Source of the DNA: an uncultured Mycoplasmatota bacterium
Lineage (GTDB): Bacteria > Bacillota_I > Bacilli_A > RF39 > UBA660
NCBI GenBank assembly: GCA_900547465.1
Contig: URHJ01000005.1
Location: 1 to 52,530, forward strand
Direction of reading: 5' to 3'
DNA length: 52,530 nucleotides
Positions 36,673-46,947 of the stretch are shown here, one piece after another (position 1 is the stretch's first letter; each line of letters starts with the position of its first letter). The position numbers were made by a program, and so were the translations under genes. The notes below the pieces were generated by a model that was given only the letters and a program-made list of their open reading frames with translations, was not told where the DNA came from and made no database searches.

Positions 36673-37326
36673 TTAATTACCTCCCTTAGTCTTTTTAGAA
36701 TTTAGGATTTCTCCCTTATAGATCCATACCTTTACACCAATTTTACCAAATGTTGTATCTGCTTCTGATTGAGCATAATCAACATCAGCTCTTAATGTAT
36801 GTAGAGGAATAGTTCCTTCTGTATATCCTTCGCTACGTGCCATATCAGCACCACCTAAACGACCAGATACTAATGTTTTAATTCCCTTAGCTCCTGATTT
36901 CATAGCATTTCTAATTGCACGCTTTTGAGCCATACGGAATGATGCCCTGTTAGTAATTTGATTTGCAATAGAATCAGCAACTAATTGAGCATTTAAATCA
37001 ACTTTTTTAATATCAACAATTGAGATTTGAACATTCTCATCAGCAATTTTTGATAATGTTTTCTTTAATTTTTCAATTTCTTCTCCACCACGGCCAATCA
37101 TTACACCTGGTTTAGAAGTATGAATTACGATTTCACATCTCTTGGCATTTCTTTCAATTTCAACTTTAGCAATACCAGCATTCTTTACATTATTTTCTAA
37201 ATACTTACGAATCTTAATATCTTTTTCTAAACACTTAGCAAAATCTTTTTTATTAGAATACCATTTAGCTTCCCAATCTTTATTGATACCAAGTCTAAGT
37301 CCATTAGGACTAACCTTTTGTCCCAT
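36673..37326 (-). CDS. rpsC: 30S ribosomal protein S3
   Basis: [17 protein letters not shown]...W, a KH domain, and GRLGGA.MAR.E. Confidence 0.97.
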   Translation of the reverse strand: MGQKVSPNGLRLGINKDWEAKWYSNKKDFAKCLEKDIKIRKYLENNVKNAGIAKVEIERNAKRCEIVIHTSKPGVMIGRGGEEIEKLKKTLSKIADENVQISIVDIKKVDLNAQLVADSIANQITNRASFRMAQKRAIRNAMKSGAKGIKTLVSGRLGGADMARSEGYTEGTIPLHTLRADVDYAQSEADTTFGKIGVKVWIYKGEILNSKKTKGGN

Positions 37327-37341
37327 ACTGTAACCTCCTTA

Positions 37342-37674
37342 TTATTTTGTAGCCACTACTATAATAATGTGACTAGTTCTATGATTATTATGTCCAATAT
37401 GAGAACGTGAATCAAACATATGACGTTTCATAACTGGACCAGCATCTACTCTTGCTTCTTTAACATATAAAGTAGCTTGATCAGCACCTTCATTGTTAAC
37501 AGCATTGCTAATAGCAGAGTCTAAGACTTTTTTAGTAAGTCTTGCTGATTTATTATTAACATTACTTAATATGGTTAATGCTTCACTTACATCTTTTCCA
37601 CGAATTAAATCTGCAATTAAACGAGCTCTAATAGGTGAAACTCTAAGTGACTTAGCAATTGCTCTTGCTTCCAT
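37342..37674 (-). CDS. rplV: 50S ribosomal protein L22
   Basis: EARAIAKSLRVSPIRARLIADLIRGK.V.EAL.IL. Confidence 0.97.
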   Translation of the reverse strand: MEARAIAKSLRVSPIRARLIADLIRGKDVSEALTILSNVNNKSARLTKKVLDSAISNAVNNEGADQATLYVKEARVDAGPVMKRHMFDSRSHIGHNNHRTSHIIIVVATK

Positions 37675-37698
37675 ATATTCTCCTCCTAGTCATTAATT

Positions 37699-37968
37699 TT
37701 ATTTCTTTTTATCTGAACCATGTCCACCAAACTTACGAGTTAATGCAAATTCTCCAAGCTTATGTCCTACCATATCTTCAGTAACATAAACAGGGATAAA
37801 TTCTTTACCATTGTGAACTGCAAATGTGTGTCCTATAAAATCAGGAAAAATAGTAGAACGACGTGACCAAGTTTTAATAACTTCTTTTTTTCCAGACTTA
37901 TTTAGTTCTTGAACCTTTTTTAGTAATCTATCGAAAACGTAAGGTCCTTTTTTTAAACTTCTTGCCAT
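37699..37968 (-). CDS. rpsS: 30S ribosomal protein S19
   Basis: [31 protein letters not shown] and [13 protein letters not shown]. Confidence 0.97.
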   Translation of the reverse strand: MARSLKKGPYVFDRLLKKVQELNKSGKKEVIKTWSRRSTIFPDFIGHTFAVHNGKEFIPVYVTEDMVGHKLGEFALTRKFGGHGSDKKK

Positions 37969-37983
37969 TTTTGATCATCCTTT

Positions 37984-38814
37984 CTATTTACCATTACGAC
38001 GACGTACAATAAATTTATCAGATTGTTTCTTCTTACGTGTCTTATATCCAAGTGCAGGTTTACCCCAAGGTGTAACTGGTGCTTTACGTCCGATAGGAGC
38101 GCGTCCTTCACCACCACCATGTGGATGGTCATTAGGGTTCATAACAGATCCACGTACTGTAGGTCTAATTCCCATATGACGTTTACGTCCTGCTTTACCA
38201 ATTTTAACAAGTGATGAATCTTCATTACCAACTTCACCAATTGTAGCCATACAAGTACCTAAAACTAATCTTTGTTCTCCACTTGTAAGACGAATCATAA
38301 CATATTTACCTTCACGACCTAAGATTTGAGCAGATGAACCAGCACTTCTTGCTAATTCTCCACCTTTTCCAGGACGAAGTTCAATATTATGAACAGTTGT
38401 TCCTACAGGTATTGACATAAGTGGTAAAGCATTACCAACTTTGATATCAGCACCTTCTCCAGACATAACTTCCATACCAATCTTTAATCCCTTAGGAGCG
38501 ATAATATATCTCTTTTCTCCATCAGAGTAATTAATTAAAGCGATATTTGCAGTTCTATTTGGATCATATTCAATACTAGCTACAGTTCCAGGAACGTTTA
38601 CTTTATTTCTCTTGAAATCAACGATACGATACTTTTTCTTTACACCGCCACCTTGATGACGAACAGTAATCTTACCTTGATTATTACGACCACCATTTTT
38701 CTTGATAGTAACTACAAGACTTTTCTCAGGAGTAGATTTAGTAATTTCTTCATTTACTAAAGTACTCATCTTTCTACGTCCTGGTGTAGTAGGTTTATAA
38801 TTTCTAATTGCCAT
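37984..38814 (-). CDS. rplB: 50S ribosomal protein L2
   Basis: [28 protein letters not shown] and [14 protein letters not shown]. Confidence 0.97.
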   Translation of the reverse strand: MAIRNYKPTTPGRRKMSTLVNEEITKSTPEKSLVVTIKKNGGRNNQGKITVRHQGGGVKKKYRIVDFKRNKVNVPGTVASIEYDPNRTANIALINYSDGEKRYIIAPKGLKIGMEVMSGEGADIKVGNALPLMSIPVGTTVHNIELRPGKGGELARSAGSSAQILGREGKYVMIRLTSGEQRLVLGTCMATIGEVGNEDSSLVKIGKAGRKRHMGIRPTVRGSVMNPNDHPHGGGEGRAPIGRKAPVTPWGKPALGYKTRKKKQSDKFIVRRRNGK

Positions 38815-38827
38815 AACTTATTCCTCC

Positions 38828-39112
38828 TTAACCAAGATCTATTGTTTGACCGTCTTTTAAAGTAACAATAGCTTTCTTAGATCTATTAGTTAATCCAGTA
38901 TAACGACCAACTCTTCTTTTTTTAGGTTTTTCATTTAATGTTTTAATAGAAGCAACTTTAACATTAAATAGCTTTTCAATAGCACTTTTAATTTCAGTTT
39001 TATTAGCTCTTGGGTCAACTTTAAATGTATATTGACCAGCTTCTTTAGCTAATTGACTCTTTTCAGTAATAACTGGTGCCTTAATAATTTCTAAGTATTT
39101 AGTATCTTTCAT
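38828..39112 (-). CDS. rplW: 50S ribosomal protein L23
   Basis: I..PVITEKS.......[23 protein letters not shown]. Confidence 0.96.
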   Translation of the reverse strand: MKDTKYLEIIKAPVITEKSQLAKEAGQYTFKVDPRANKTEIKSAIEKLFNVKVASIKTLNEKPKKRRVGRYTGLTNRSKKAIVTLKDGQTIDLG

Positions 39113-39738
39113 TATGCTAGCACCTCCTCAATTTCACTTAATGCTTCTTTTGTAACAACCAAATAATCAGCACCAACTAAATCTAAAGCACTAATTTCAC
39201 TAGGTGTAACTAAGAATACATTATCTAAGTTTCTAGTAGCTAAAATTACATTTTCATCAAATTCTTTTACTACTAATAAAATCTTCTTATCAGCAATTTT
39301 TAATGCTTCTAAAACTTTAATGAAATCTTTTGTTTTAGGAGTTTCTAAAACTAATTCCTCTAATACAATAATTGCATTTTCTAAAGCCTTATGACTATAA
39401 GCAGATTTAATTGCTAATTGTCTTTCTTTACGATTTTGCTTTTTGCTATAATCGCGAGGTACTGGAGTTCCGAATCTTCCTCCACCTACCCATTGAACTG
39501 CTCTAATAGAACCTTGACGAGCATGTCCAGTTCCTTTTTGTCTCCATGGTTTTCTTCCTCCACCACTAACTTCAGAACGAGTTTTAGTAGAGTGTGTTCC
39601 TTGTCTAAGTGATGCACGACCTAAAATGATAGCATCATATAAAACTTTATCATTTGGAGTAATTCCAAATACATTTTCATTTAATTTAACATCATTAATT
39701 TTTTCACCTTTAAGATTGAAAATATCTACTTTTTTCAT
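39112..39738 (-). CDS. rplD: 50S ribosomal protein L4
   Basis: [34 protein letters not shown] 39738 has AAGGAGGAAG SD. The track start is an upstream extension. Confidence 0.96.
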   Translation of the reverse strand: MKKVDIFNLKGEKINDVKLNENVFGITPNDKVLYDAIILGRASLRQGTHSTKTRSEVSGGGRKPWRQKGTGHARQGSIRAVQWVGGGRFGTPVPRDYSKKQNRKERQLAIKSAYSHKALENAIIVLEELVLETPKTKDFIKVLEALKIADKKILLVVKEFDENVILATRNLDNVFLVTPSEISALDLVGADYLVVTKEALSEIEEVLA

Positions 39739-39806
39739 ATCTCTTCCTCCTTTCATCACATTTGCTATTATTCTTAACTCAAACTACATATTGTTTTGTG
39801 ATGAGA

Positions 39807-40541
39807 TTATTCTGCAGTTTCTAATACTTCTGTATTCTCTACATTTTCAGCATTTTCTTCACTAACTTCAACTTCTTCAACGTAACTAACTAAATCAGCT
39901 GGAGTTTTTGATGCACCTGGCATCTTAACTGCTGTACGAATGATAACTAATGATTGTTTTGAACCTGGAACATTTCCTTTAATAAGGATTAAATTATTTT
40001 CTTTATCAATAGAAACAATTTCAAGATTTTGAACTGTTCTTTTTACGTTACCCATTTGTCCAGGCATTTTCTTACCTTTCAAAACGTGCATTGGTAACAT
40101 AGTACCAAGTGATCCTACACCTCTGTGATATTGAGAACCATGTCCCATTGGACCACATGATTGATTGTGACGTTTAATAACACCTTGGAATCCTTTTCCT
40201 TTACTGATTCCACTTACGTCAACCATTTCCCCTTCGTTAAAGATATCAACAGAAACAATTTGTCCTAATGAATAATCGTTAACATCAACACCTCTAATTT
40301 CTCTTAAGAAGCGCTTAGGTTCTGTGTTTGCTTTTTTTGTATGACCCATTTTAGGTTTATTGCTAACTTTTTCTCTTACTGTACAAGTAGCAAGTTGAAT
40401 AGCATCATAACCATCTTTTGCAACTGTCTTGATTTGAGTAACAACGTTAGGCTCAACTTCAACAACAGTAACTGGAATTAATTTACCTTCTTTAGTAAAT
40501 ACTTGAGTCATTCCAATCTTTTTACCTAAGATTCCTTTCAT
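39807..40541 (-). CDS. rplC: 50S ribosomal protein L3 (with acidic C-terminal extension)
   Basis: [15 protein letters not shown] and [12 protein letters not shown]....P..HGS..HR..GS.G. About 35 extra acidic residues follow the conserved end. Confidence 0.96.
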   Translation of the reverse strand: MKGILGKKIGMTQVFTKEGKLIPVTVVEVEPNVVTQIKTVAKDGYDAIQLATCTVREKVSNKPKMGHTKKANTEPKRFLREIRGVDVNDYSLGQIVSVDIFNEGEMVDVSGISKGKGFQGVIKRHNQSCGPMGHGSQYHRGVGSLGTMLPMHVLKGKKMPGQMGNVKRTVQNLEIVSIDKENNLILIKGNVPGSKQSLVIIRTAVKMPGASKTPADLVSYVEEVEVSEENAENVENTEVLETAE

Positions 40542-40558
40542 AATTATTTCCTCCTAAA

Positions 40559-40870
40559 TTATTTTGTTTTAATTTCGATATCAACACCACTTGGTAAATC
40601 TAAGTGTGCTAAAGCATCAATAGTTTCCTTTGATGGATTTTTGATATCAATAAGTCTTTTATGTGTACGCATTTCGAATTGTTCACGTGAATCTTTATAT
40701 TTATGAACAGCTCTCAAAATAGTAAACTTTTCAATCTCAGTTGGAAGTGGTACTGGACCAGAAATAGTTCCACCTGATCTTTTAATAGTTTCAACAATTT
40801 TAACTGCTGCCTTATCAAGAATTCTGTGATCATAAGCTTTAAGCTTAATTCTTACTCTCTCTGCTGACAT
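40559..40870 (-). CDS. rpsJ: 30S ribosomal protein S10
   Basis: [21 protein letters not shown] and [12 protein letters not shown]. Confidence 0.97.
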   Translation of the reverse strand: MSAERVRIKLKAYDHRILDKAAVKIVETIKRSGGTISGPVPLPTEIEKFTILRAVHKYKDSREQFEMRTHKRLIDIKNPSKETIDALAHLDLPSGVDIEIKTK

Positions 40871-40992
40871 ATAAATCCTCCCTTCGCCTATATCTAGTAT
40901 AGACTTGCTCCATGCAAATAACCCGATACCAAATTAACAACTTAACCTGGTGTATCGACAACCTTGCATATCTAAGCAGTCACACAGCTAAA

Positions 40993-41022
40993 AGTATACC
41001 ATAGAACCCCCTTATTTTGCAA
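40993..41022 (-). promoter_or_regulatory. Sigma-A promoter of the S10 operon (TTGCAA, 18-nt spacer, TGgTATACT), giving a roughly 115-nt leader
   Basis: Read on the minus strand as GGCTTGCAAAATAAGGGGGTTCTATGGTATACTTTT. Confidence 0.6.
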
Positions 41023-41075
41023 GCCTTTTTTTATATTTTAGTAAAAAGTATGACATTTTTCTCAAAAATTTTCAT

Positions 41076-42293
41076 CTATTTTTTCTCATTATCCTTTTGA
41101 ATTAATTTCAATGAAGCAGGCATTATTAAAGATTTACCAAATTTATTATTTATCTTATCAATAGTATTTTGAAAAGAATCTTCTTGTTCAACCTTATCTT
41201 CATTAAAATCATCAAATATAGAGATCTGTCTCTTTCTTGTACTAGTTAAATCAGCAAGACGAACTCCAATTAATCTAATCGCATCCCTCTTCCAACTTAT
41301 CCTTAAAAGGTTAAGTATAACTTTATAAATATCTTCAGTCCCATTAATTGCATTATCTAATTTAACTTGTTTTGAATACATTTGAAACATATCATTTTTA
41401 TAAAATATACAAACAACATTGCAATATAAAGATCTATTTCTAAGTTGCCTACTAACCTCAGAAACTTGTCTTAATAAAACATCTTCTAATACATTCATAT
41501 CAACAACATCATAAGGTAAAGTCTCCGAAATACTTATACTAGGGCTCTTAGATTCCTGCTTTTCAACTTTTGAATAATCAATTCCATTAGCCGAATTTTT
41601 AAGAAAACTAGCTTGATTTTTAAAATGTGCTTCCAAAAATGCTAAATCAGTACAGGCAAGATCACCAATTGTATGAATACCTAGCTTTCTTAAAGCTGCC
41701 GATGTTTTCCTACCTACCATAAATAAATCACCAATATCTAAAGGCCACATCTTAGTTTGAACCTCATTCATAAATAATGTATGAACCTTATCTGGCTTCT
41801 CAAAATCACTAGCCATTTTAGCACATAACATATTATTACCAATTCCAACATTTACAGTAAAACCAAATAATTTTTTTATATCATCTTTTATCTTATATGC
41901 AAGCTTTATATAATCACTATAAATATATTTCATACCGGTTAAATCTAAAAAAGCCTCATCAATAGAATACTTCTCAATATTAGGTGTATATTGCTTCAAA
42001 TAATTATGAAACAATTGTGATTGCTTATAATACCAAGAATAATCAGCAGGATAAACTTTCAAATTTGGACACTTCTTTCTCGCTGAATACAATGTTTCTG
42101 CAGTAACTATACCAAATCTCTTTGCAATAGGACTCTTAGCCAAAACTATTCCATGTCTTTTGTCTTCATCTCCACCTATAACTGCAGGAATTTTCCTAAT
42201 ATCTAATTTACAACCATTTTTTAAAAGTAACACCGCACTCCAAGACAAGAATGCATTATTAACATCAACATGAAAAATTATACGTTCATCCAT
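41076..42293 (-). CDS. dinB: Y-family DNA polymerase (DinB/Pol IV-like)
   Basis: IIFHVDVNNAFLSWSAV, the catalytic context YSIDEAFLDLTG, GIGNNMLCAKMASD, and HhH region GRKTSAALRKLGIHTIGDL. ATG 42293 (MDERII) has GGTGA upstream. Confidence 0.88.
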   Translation of the reverse strand: MDERIIFHVDVNNAFLSWSAVLLLKNGCKLDIRKIPAVIGGDEDKRHGIVLAKSPIAKRFGIVTAETLYSARKKCPNLKVYPADYSWYYKQSQLFHNYLKQYTPNIEKYSIDEAFLDLTGMKYIYSDYIKLAYKIKDDIKKLFGFTVNVGIGNNMLCAKMASDFEKPDKVHTLFMNEVQTKMWPLDIGDLFMVGRKTSAALRKLGIHTIGDLACTDLAFLEAHFKNQASFLKNSANGIDYSKVEKQESKSPSISISETLPYDVVDMNVLEDVLLRQVSEVSRQLRNRSLYCNVVCIFYKNDMFQMYSKQVKLDNAINGTEDIYKVILNLLRISWKRDAIRLIGVRLADLTSTRKRQISIFDDFNEDKVEQEDSFQNTIDKINNKFGKSLIMPASLKLIQKDNEKK

Positions 42294-42361
42294 ACCAATC
42301 ACCAACAACATTATAGAACATACTTTCGTCAAAAACAATCGAACAAAAAGAAAAAGTAGAT

Positions 42362-42964
42362 TTACTTTTTAGTACAATCTACTTTAACATACTTCTCTGA
42401 CCAAAAACTAGGACTATAATATAATGTTAGTTTTTCATCATTTTGAGGAACTTGAAAAACTAAATTACCAGTAACTTTACCACCAGCAATCAATTCACCA
42501 CTAGATAATCCACCATCAATAGTATATGTTTCAACATCAACATCAGTTTTACTTCCCTGACTATTAACTATAGAAAAATCATAGGTACCATATGACTCTT
42601 CAGAATCACCAACATTTTCTAAGGTAATATTAATTTCTACAAACTCATTACCTTCATCTGGATTGTTATATTGATAGTTAGATTTAAAATTAACACTATT
42701 AACTATCAATTTCATATTCTTGTATTCAATTTCCTCACCAACATTAAATATCTTTTCATTTATATTTTCACTACTTTTACTACTATTATTTTTCCCATCA
42801 TTGCTTTTTGGTTCATCAGAACCTCCACTAGATATTGCAAATAAAATTAAAACTACAATTATTATAATAGCAATTATTTTACCCTTTCCTTGTCTCTTTC
42901 CACAATTAGGACAATTTTTCGCATTTTCAGCAATATCACTTTGACAATACTTACACTTCTTCAT
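42362..42964 (-). CDS. Zinc-ribbon / single-TM / DUF4352-like extracytoplasmic domain protein
   Basis: MKKCKYCQSDIAENAKNCPNCGK (zinc ribbon), TM IIAIIIIVVLILFAI, and a beta-rich C-terminal domain (FVEINITLENVGDSE...FSIVNSQG). ATG 42964 has AAAGGAGAAG SD. Confidence 0.7.
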   Translation of the reverse strand: MKKCKYCQSDIAENAKNCPNCGKRQGKGKIIAIIIIVVLILFAISSGGSDEPKSNDGKNNSSKSSENINEKIFNVGEEIEYKNMKLIVNSVNFKSNYQYNNPDEGNEFVEINITLENVGDSEESYGTYDFSIVNSQGSKTDVDVETYTIDGGLSSGELIAGGKVTGNLVFQVPQNDEKLTLYYSPSFWSEKYVKVDCTKK

Positions 42965-43009
42965 ATACTTCTCCTTTCTTATTAAGAAGTATATCATTAA
43001 TTTTTATGA

Positions 43010-43030
43010 ATGTAAACCTGTTGTTTACAT
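43010..43030. promoter_or_regulatory. Inverted repeat ATGTAAAC-N5-GTTTACAT, candidate operator for the adjacent XRE regulator
   Basis: Perfect 8-bp arms in the divergent intergenic region. The right arm overlaps a TTTACA -35-like hexamer, which lies 16 nt from TAATAC for the + strand gene. Confidence 0.45.
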
Positions 43031-43086
43031 ATATTTTCAAAATTTTAATACATAATAAAGATAAGTAAGAAATAATGGTGATATTT

Positions 43087-43320
43087 ATGGATATATATGA
43101 ACAAATTGCAGCAAATATTAAAAAATATCGTAAAGAGTCCGGACTCACTCAAGCCGAACTTGCAGAAAAGGTTGAGGTCTCACACGAATTCATACGTCGA
43201 ATTGAATCTAAAAAAGGAAGAAAAACCTTTTCAATTGATACCATATATAAAATATCACTTGCTTTAAATATCGATATAGCAAAACTTTTTGAACCAAATG
43301 AAAAAGAACCAAATCAATAG
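43087..43320 (+). CDS. XRE-family helix-turn-helix transcriptional regulator
   Basis: IAANIKKYRKESGLTQAELAEKVEVSHEFIRRIESKKG is a Cro/C1-type HTH. Confidence 0.85.
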   Translation: MDIYEQIAANIKKYRKESGLTQAELAEKVEVSHEFIRRIESKKGRKTFSIDTIYKISLALNIDIAKLFEPNEKEPNQ

Positions 43321-43327
43321 GTTCTTT

Positions 43328-44599
43328 TTACATTTTACTATCATTTAAACAAAATATAGAATAAACAGGTAAATACCTAATTTCTTTTTTTGTAGAGAAA
43401 TTATTCTCAGTAATTCTATATGCCTCTGTAACTGTAAACTTTTTCATCAAAACTGATAAAGACTTTGCTTTAGACATAGCCCTAGTTGTAATTTCTATAG
43501 GAATAATCTTTCCCATTCTATTTTGAACAACAAAATTAACTTCTGCTTTTCCACCAGATTGATAATAATATAAAGAATAACCAGCTTCTAATAAAGTTTT
43601 AGCTATATGATTCTCATATAATGTTTCACGTACAACCTCATCAGACATGAACTTTTTTCTAGATAAATGCATCATTGAATATAACAAACCATCATCTAAT
43701 AAATACAATTTAAAACTATCTTCAATTCTACAACTACTAAGTGGAGACTTTATTGTTTGTATCTTATAACTTCTACCAAGGACTTGATTATTTACTAAAT
43801 ATTGAATTATTGATTCATATTCTTTAGCTCTTCTTCCACGTCCTAATAAACCATATTGAAATTTTTTGTTTTCTTTTTCTAATTGTTGTGGAACTGATTT
43901 TAAAACCTCAATTCCTCTAGGAATATCAATCAATACAGAAGATAAAGCAATTTCTTTTTGATAACTATCCAATATCTTTTCCTTACGAGCTTCTAACTGA
44001 AAAGCATTTTCACCCTGAATAAAACTATAAACTATTTCTGGCAATCCACCAGTAAATAAATAATCATCAAAAAGTTCCATTGCTAACTTATGAAAAGGAC
44101 AAGTTTTTCTCTTCTCAAACGACTCTCTAATCAAATCAGCTAATTGTTTCTCACCTCTAGCCCACAAGAACTCTTCAAAATCCATTTCATTCATACTTTT
44201 AAATTGTAACTCAACACCCTTAAAACTTTTCAAATTCTCACGCCTTGAAGTAATCATAATTATATGATACGAACTTTGATCAAAAAGTTTCACTCCCTTA
44301 ACAATATCTAAATCATTAACAGAATCTAAAACCACTAAAGTATCATTCTCCAATATAGTCTCACCAGAAATCAATGATAAAGAAACTATAATTTTATCAA
44401 TTGCCTTTTCCTTTTTAAATAAATCAACAAGTTCTGGATAATTATTTGTATTAAAGTAAACTACATTTTTATATTCTCTCTTACCAAATTCTAAAACAGT
44501 AAAAGTCTTACCTACTTGTTTAGATCCATATATAACCAAAGGTTTCCTTATTAAATCATTTTTCCACTTTTTTAGAAATTCATCTATTTTTCGTTCCAT
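43328..44599 (-). CDS. AAA-family ATPase of the AAA_14 / DUF4143 type
   Basis: Walker A is GSKQVGKT. The architecture and length are typical of DUF4143 ATPases. The Walker B position reads LVVLDSVND (Asp-Ser rather than Asp-Glu). Confidence 0.7.
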   Translation of the reverse strand: MERKIDEFLKKWKNDLIRKPLVIYGSKQVGKTFTVLEFGKREYKNVVYFNTNNYPELVDLFKKEKAIDKIIVSLSLISGETILENDTLVVLDSVNDLDIVKGVKLFDQSSYHIIMITSRRENLKSFKGVELQFKSMNEMDFEEFLWARGEKQLADLIRESFEKRKTCPFHKLAMELFDDYLFTGGLPEIVYSFIQGENAFQLEARKEKILDSYQKEIALSSVLIDIPRGIEVLKSVPQQLEKENKKFQYGLLGRGRRAKEYESIIQYLVNNQVLGRSYKIQTIKSPLSSCRIEDSFKLYLLDDGLLYSMMHLSRKKFMSDEVVRETLYENHIAKTLLEAGYSLYYYQSGGKAEVNFVVQNRMGKIIPIEITTRAMSKAKSLSVLMKKFTVTEAYRITENNFSTKKEIRYLPVYSIFCLNDSKM

Positions 44600-44701
44600 A
44601 AAATGTAATCACCTCACATATTTTATAAAATAAGTATAATATTCTTTAGAAAGTTAGTCAACATTTTTACAAAATAAAAAAAGACGATACTGCTGTCCTT
44701 G

Positions 44702-45478
44702 TTAATTCATAATAGAAGCTTCACTAAATTCAAGTCTAAGTTTATCTGCAACAGTTACAATGAATTCTGAATTAGTTGGTTTAGCCTTATCGATATCAAC
44801 ACTATGTCCAAATATCTCTTCCATTAACTGCCAATTACCTCTATTCCAACTAACTTCAATTGCATGCCTAATTGCACGTTCAACTCTAGAAACTGTTGTT
44901 CCATACTTACTCGCAACTTCAGGATATAATTCCTTAGTTATTCCACCAATAACATCAGGTCTCTCATATAGCATCATAATACCATCTCTAATATATTGAT
45001 AACCTTTAATATGAGACGGAACACCTAACTCATGCAATATCTTTGTAGTAGATATCTGCAAATTATTATGATGTAGGTCAATACTCTTACTATCATATAA
45101 AGTTCCATTTGTAACTTCCACAATTCTCTTTTCAAGTTCAGAAAGTTCAAAAGGCTTTAATATATAGTAATTAACTCCTAACTCTGATACTTTTCTAATC
45201 ATATCCGGCGTATTATAAGATGTTAATACAATTACCTTTTCATTTATATTTTTCTTTTTCATAGTTTCTAAAACTGATATTCCATCTTTTTTAGGCATAA
45301 TAAGATCTAATATAATGACATCATATGCACCTTTCTTTGACTCTATCAATTCTAAACCTTCTGCTCCATCATGCGCTTCCATAACAACTTCAATTTCCGC
45401 GTGTTTACTAAAATACTCTGTTATCATACTGACTAATTCTTTATTATCATCAATAACTAACAATCTAGTTTTTCCCAT
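44702..45478 (-). CDS. spo0A: Sporulation master regulator Spo0A
   Basis: Receiver domain LLVIDDNKE...[14 protein letters not shown]. The Spo0A-specific C-terminal domain has [12 protein letters not shown] and [18 protein letters not shown] 45478 has AAGGAGAA SD. Confidence 0.93.
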   Translation of the reverse strand: MGKTRLLVIDDNKELVSMITEYFSKHAEIEVVMEAHDGAEGLELIESKKGAYDVIILDLIMPKKDGISVLETMKKKNINEKVIVLTSYNTPDMIRKVSELGVNYYILKPFELSELEKRIVEVTNGTLYDSKSIDLHHNNLQISTTKILHELGVPSHIKGYQYIRDGIMMLYERPDVIGGITKELYPEVASKYGTTVSRVERAIRHAIEVSWNRGNWQLMEEIFGHSVDIDKAKPTNSEFIVTVADKLRLEFSEASIMN

Positions 45479-45560
45479 TTTTTCTCCTTCCATATACTAC
45501 CACGCATTATAATTATATAACGATAATAAAAATTTTTAAAGGTAAAATTTTGGCAAGTTT

Positions 45561-45567
45561 TGTCGAA
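45561..45567 (+). promoter_or_regulatory. Consensus 0A box (TGTCGAA) upstream of spo0A
   Basis: An exact match to the TGNCGAA Spo0A recognition heptamer lies about 85 nt upstream of the spo0A start. Confidence 0.4.
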
Positions 45568-45592
45568 AAAAAAGTTAAGACAACGTCCTAAC
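45566..45592 (-). terminator. Rho-independent terminator of cdaA-cdaR
   Basis: Minus-strand RNA GUUAGGA-cguug-UCUUAAC (7 bp including one G-U) is followed by UUUUUUUU. The stem overlaps the cdaR stop. Confidence 0.6.
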
Positions 45593-46947
45593 TATTTTTC
45601 ACTAATTCTAATTTTTACCTTTTTAGTTTTAGGTGTATAAGTAAGTTTTAAATCATCACCTTTAACTTTTACATCTACCGAATGTTCTCCTACACCATAA
45701 CCATCAAGATCAATATAAGCACTAATTGAAGAAGCATCTATACTATTAAGTACACTTTCACTACCCTTAACAATAACTGTAACCTTACTATCAGCCTCAG
45801 ATAAAGCCTGAACCTTATACTTACTATCTAAGTTTTCAGTAGCAATAGAAATATCATTAAATTCTTTACTAACAGAATTATCAACATGTAATGTAACAGT
45901 CAATGTTTTTGCACTAATATCTGTAATACCACTAGGTTTTTTCAAAGTAACCTTATAGCTCTTATCTTCACTTAATCCAGTAACATCAACTTCAACTGGT
46001 AAAGCATCAATCTCATTAATAGCACTTTCACTACCATAAACAGTAACTTTGGATACACTAACATCAGTAGACTTAATTGATTTACCTGTTGCTAAATTAC
46101 CCTTAGGAACAACCTTAACAGGAACTTCCTTACTTGGAGATGTTATATTAACTTTAGCAGTAACTGTTTTTGGAACAATTTCAACATCAACAGTTTTACC
46201 CTTAGTATCATAAGCAACCAATCTAACATCTTTTAGTGTAATTTCACCAGCTTTTGGATTTGCAATATCATCAACATCAACTAAAGCTTTTACAGTTGCA
46301 ACTTTATCAATCTTATACTGAGCACCTTTAATAATAACATCATCACGATCAAGTTCTACATTCTTAATAGATAACTTACTATCTAAATTATCTTGATGTA
46401 AAATATCATAAGTTAAACTCTTAGTTTCAGAAACCTTTGGATATATTGTAACCGTAACTTGTGATGGATCTAACTTATAATCAAGAGATTTAAGTCTCTG
46501 CGAATATTTCAAAGTAACTTTATGATTTCCTTCACCCAATCCTGTTAAATCAACAGAAACACCTTTAGAAGGAGATTGTTTAGCTAAGAAAATATGTCTT
46601 TTTTCACCAACCAAAGTAATATCAACTGTCTTTGGTAACCCTTCAACCACATATAACTCTTCATTATAAACCGCAGTCACTGGTTGTTTATATAAAATTT
46701 CTGCATATTGATCAGTCATAACACTAGATTCTTTATCAATAAGTAAGAAAACCGCAAAAGCAAGTATTAAACTAATTACTATAAGCGTTGACTTCTTACC
46801 CATAAATTTATCAAAGCCTTTACTATTATTCTTAAATAAATCTGTTATTTTTAAGATAAACTTAGTAATTGGAGTTATCAACCATTTATCAAAGAACGAA
46901 CCAATATGATGTAAAACACTACCGATACCTTTAATTATTTTCTTCAT
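45592..46947 (-). CDS. cdaR: CdaR / YbbR-domain regulator of diadenylate cyclase
   Basis: N-terminal TM STLIVISLILAFAVFLLI is followed by four YbbR-like beta repeats. It lies immediately downstream of cdaA and overlaps it. ATG 46947 has GAGGAAGAG SD. The track start at 46977 is a GTG. Confidence 0.85.
   Translation of the reverse strand: MKKIIKGIGSVLHHIGSFFDKWLITPITKFILKITDLFKNNSKGFDKFMGKKSTLIVISLILAFAVFLLIDKESSVMTDQYAEILYKQPVTAVYNEELYVVEGLPKTVDITLVGEKRHIFLAKQSPSKGVSVDLTGLGEGNHKVTLKYSQRLKSLDYKLDPSQVTVTIYPKVSETKSLTYDILHQDNLDSKLSIKNVELDRDDVIIKGAQYKIDKVATVKALVDVDDIANPKAGEITLKDVRLVAYDTKGKTVDVEIVPKTVTAKVNITSPSKEVPVKVVPKGNLATGKSIKSTDVSVSKVTVYGSESAINEIDALPVEVDVTGLSEDKSYKVTLKKPSGITDISAKTLTVTLHVDNSVSKEFNDISIATENLDSKYKVQALSEADSKVTVIVKGSESVLNSIDASSISAYIDLDGYGVGEHSVDVKVKGDDLKLTYTPKTKKVKIRISEK

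Noticed and set aside
37142-39865. Plus-strand ORFs 37142-37333, 37493-37696, 38023-38214, 39418-39612 and 39626-39865 across the ribosomal protein operon.
   Set aside because: They are antisense to rpsC, rplV, rplB, rplD and rplC, with no SD and no recognisable product.
41076-42293. The DVNNAF N-terminal motif of DinB, considered as a possible loss of a catalytic Asp (canonical D-x-D).
   Set aside because: The first Asp (the metal ligand) and the downstream SIDEAF Asp-Glu pair are present. The D-V-N variant looks like a subfamily trait of Bacillota Y-family polymerases rather than inactivation.
42720-43148. ORFs 42720-42944 (+) and 42951-43148 (-) around the zinc-ribbon gene and the divergent promoter.
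   Set aside because: The first is antisense to the DUF4352 gene. The second spans the intergenic operator and promoter region and overlaps the XRE gene start. Both are hydrophobic, low-complexity artefacts.
44760-45512. ORFs 44760-44999 (+) and 45315-45512 (+) overlapping spo0A.
   Set aside because: They are antisense to the strongly supported spo0A frame.
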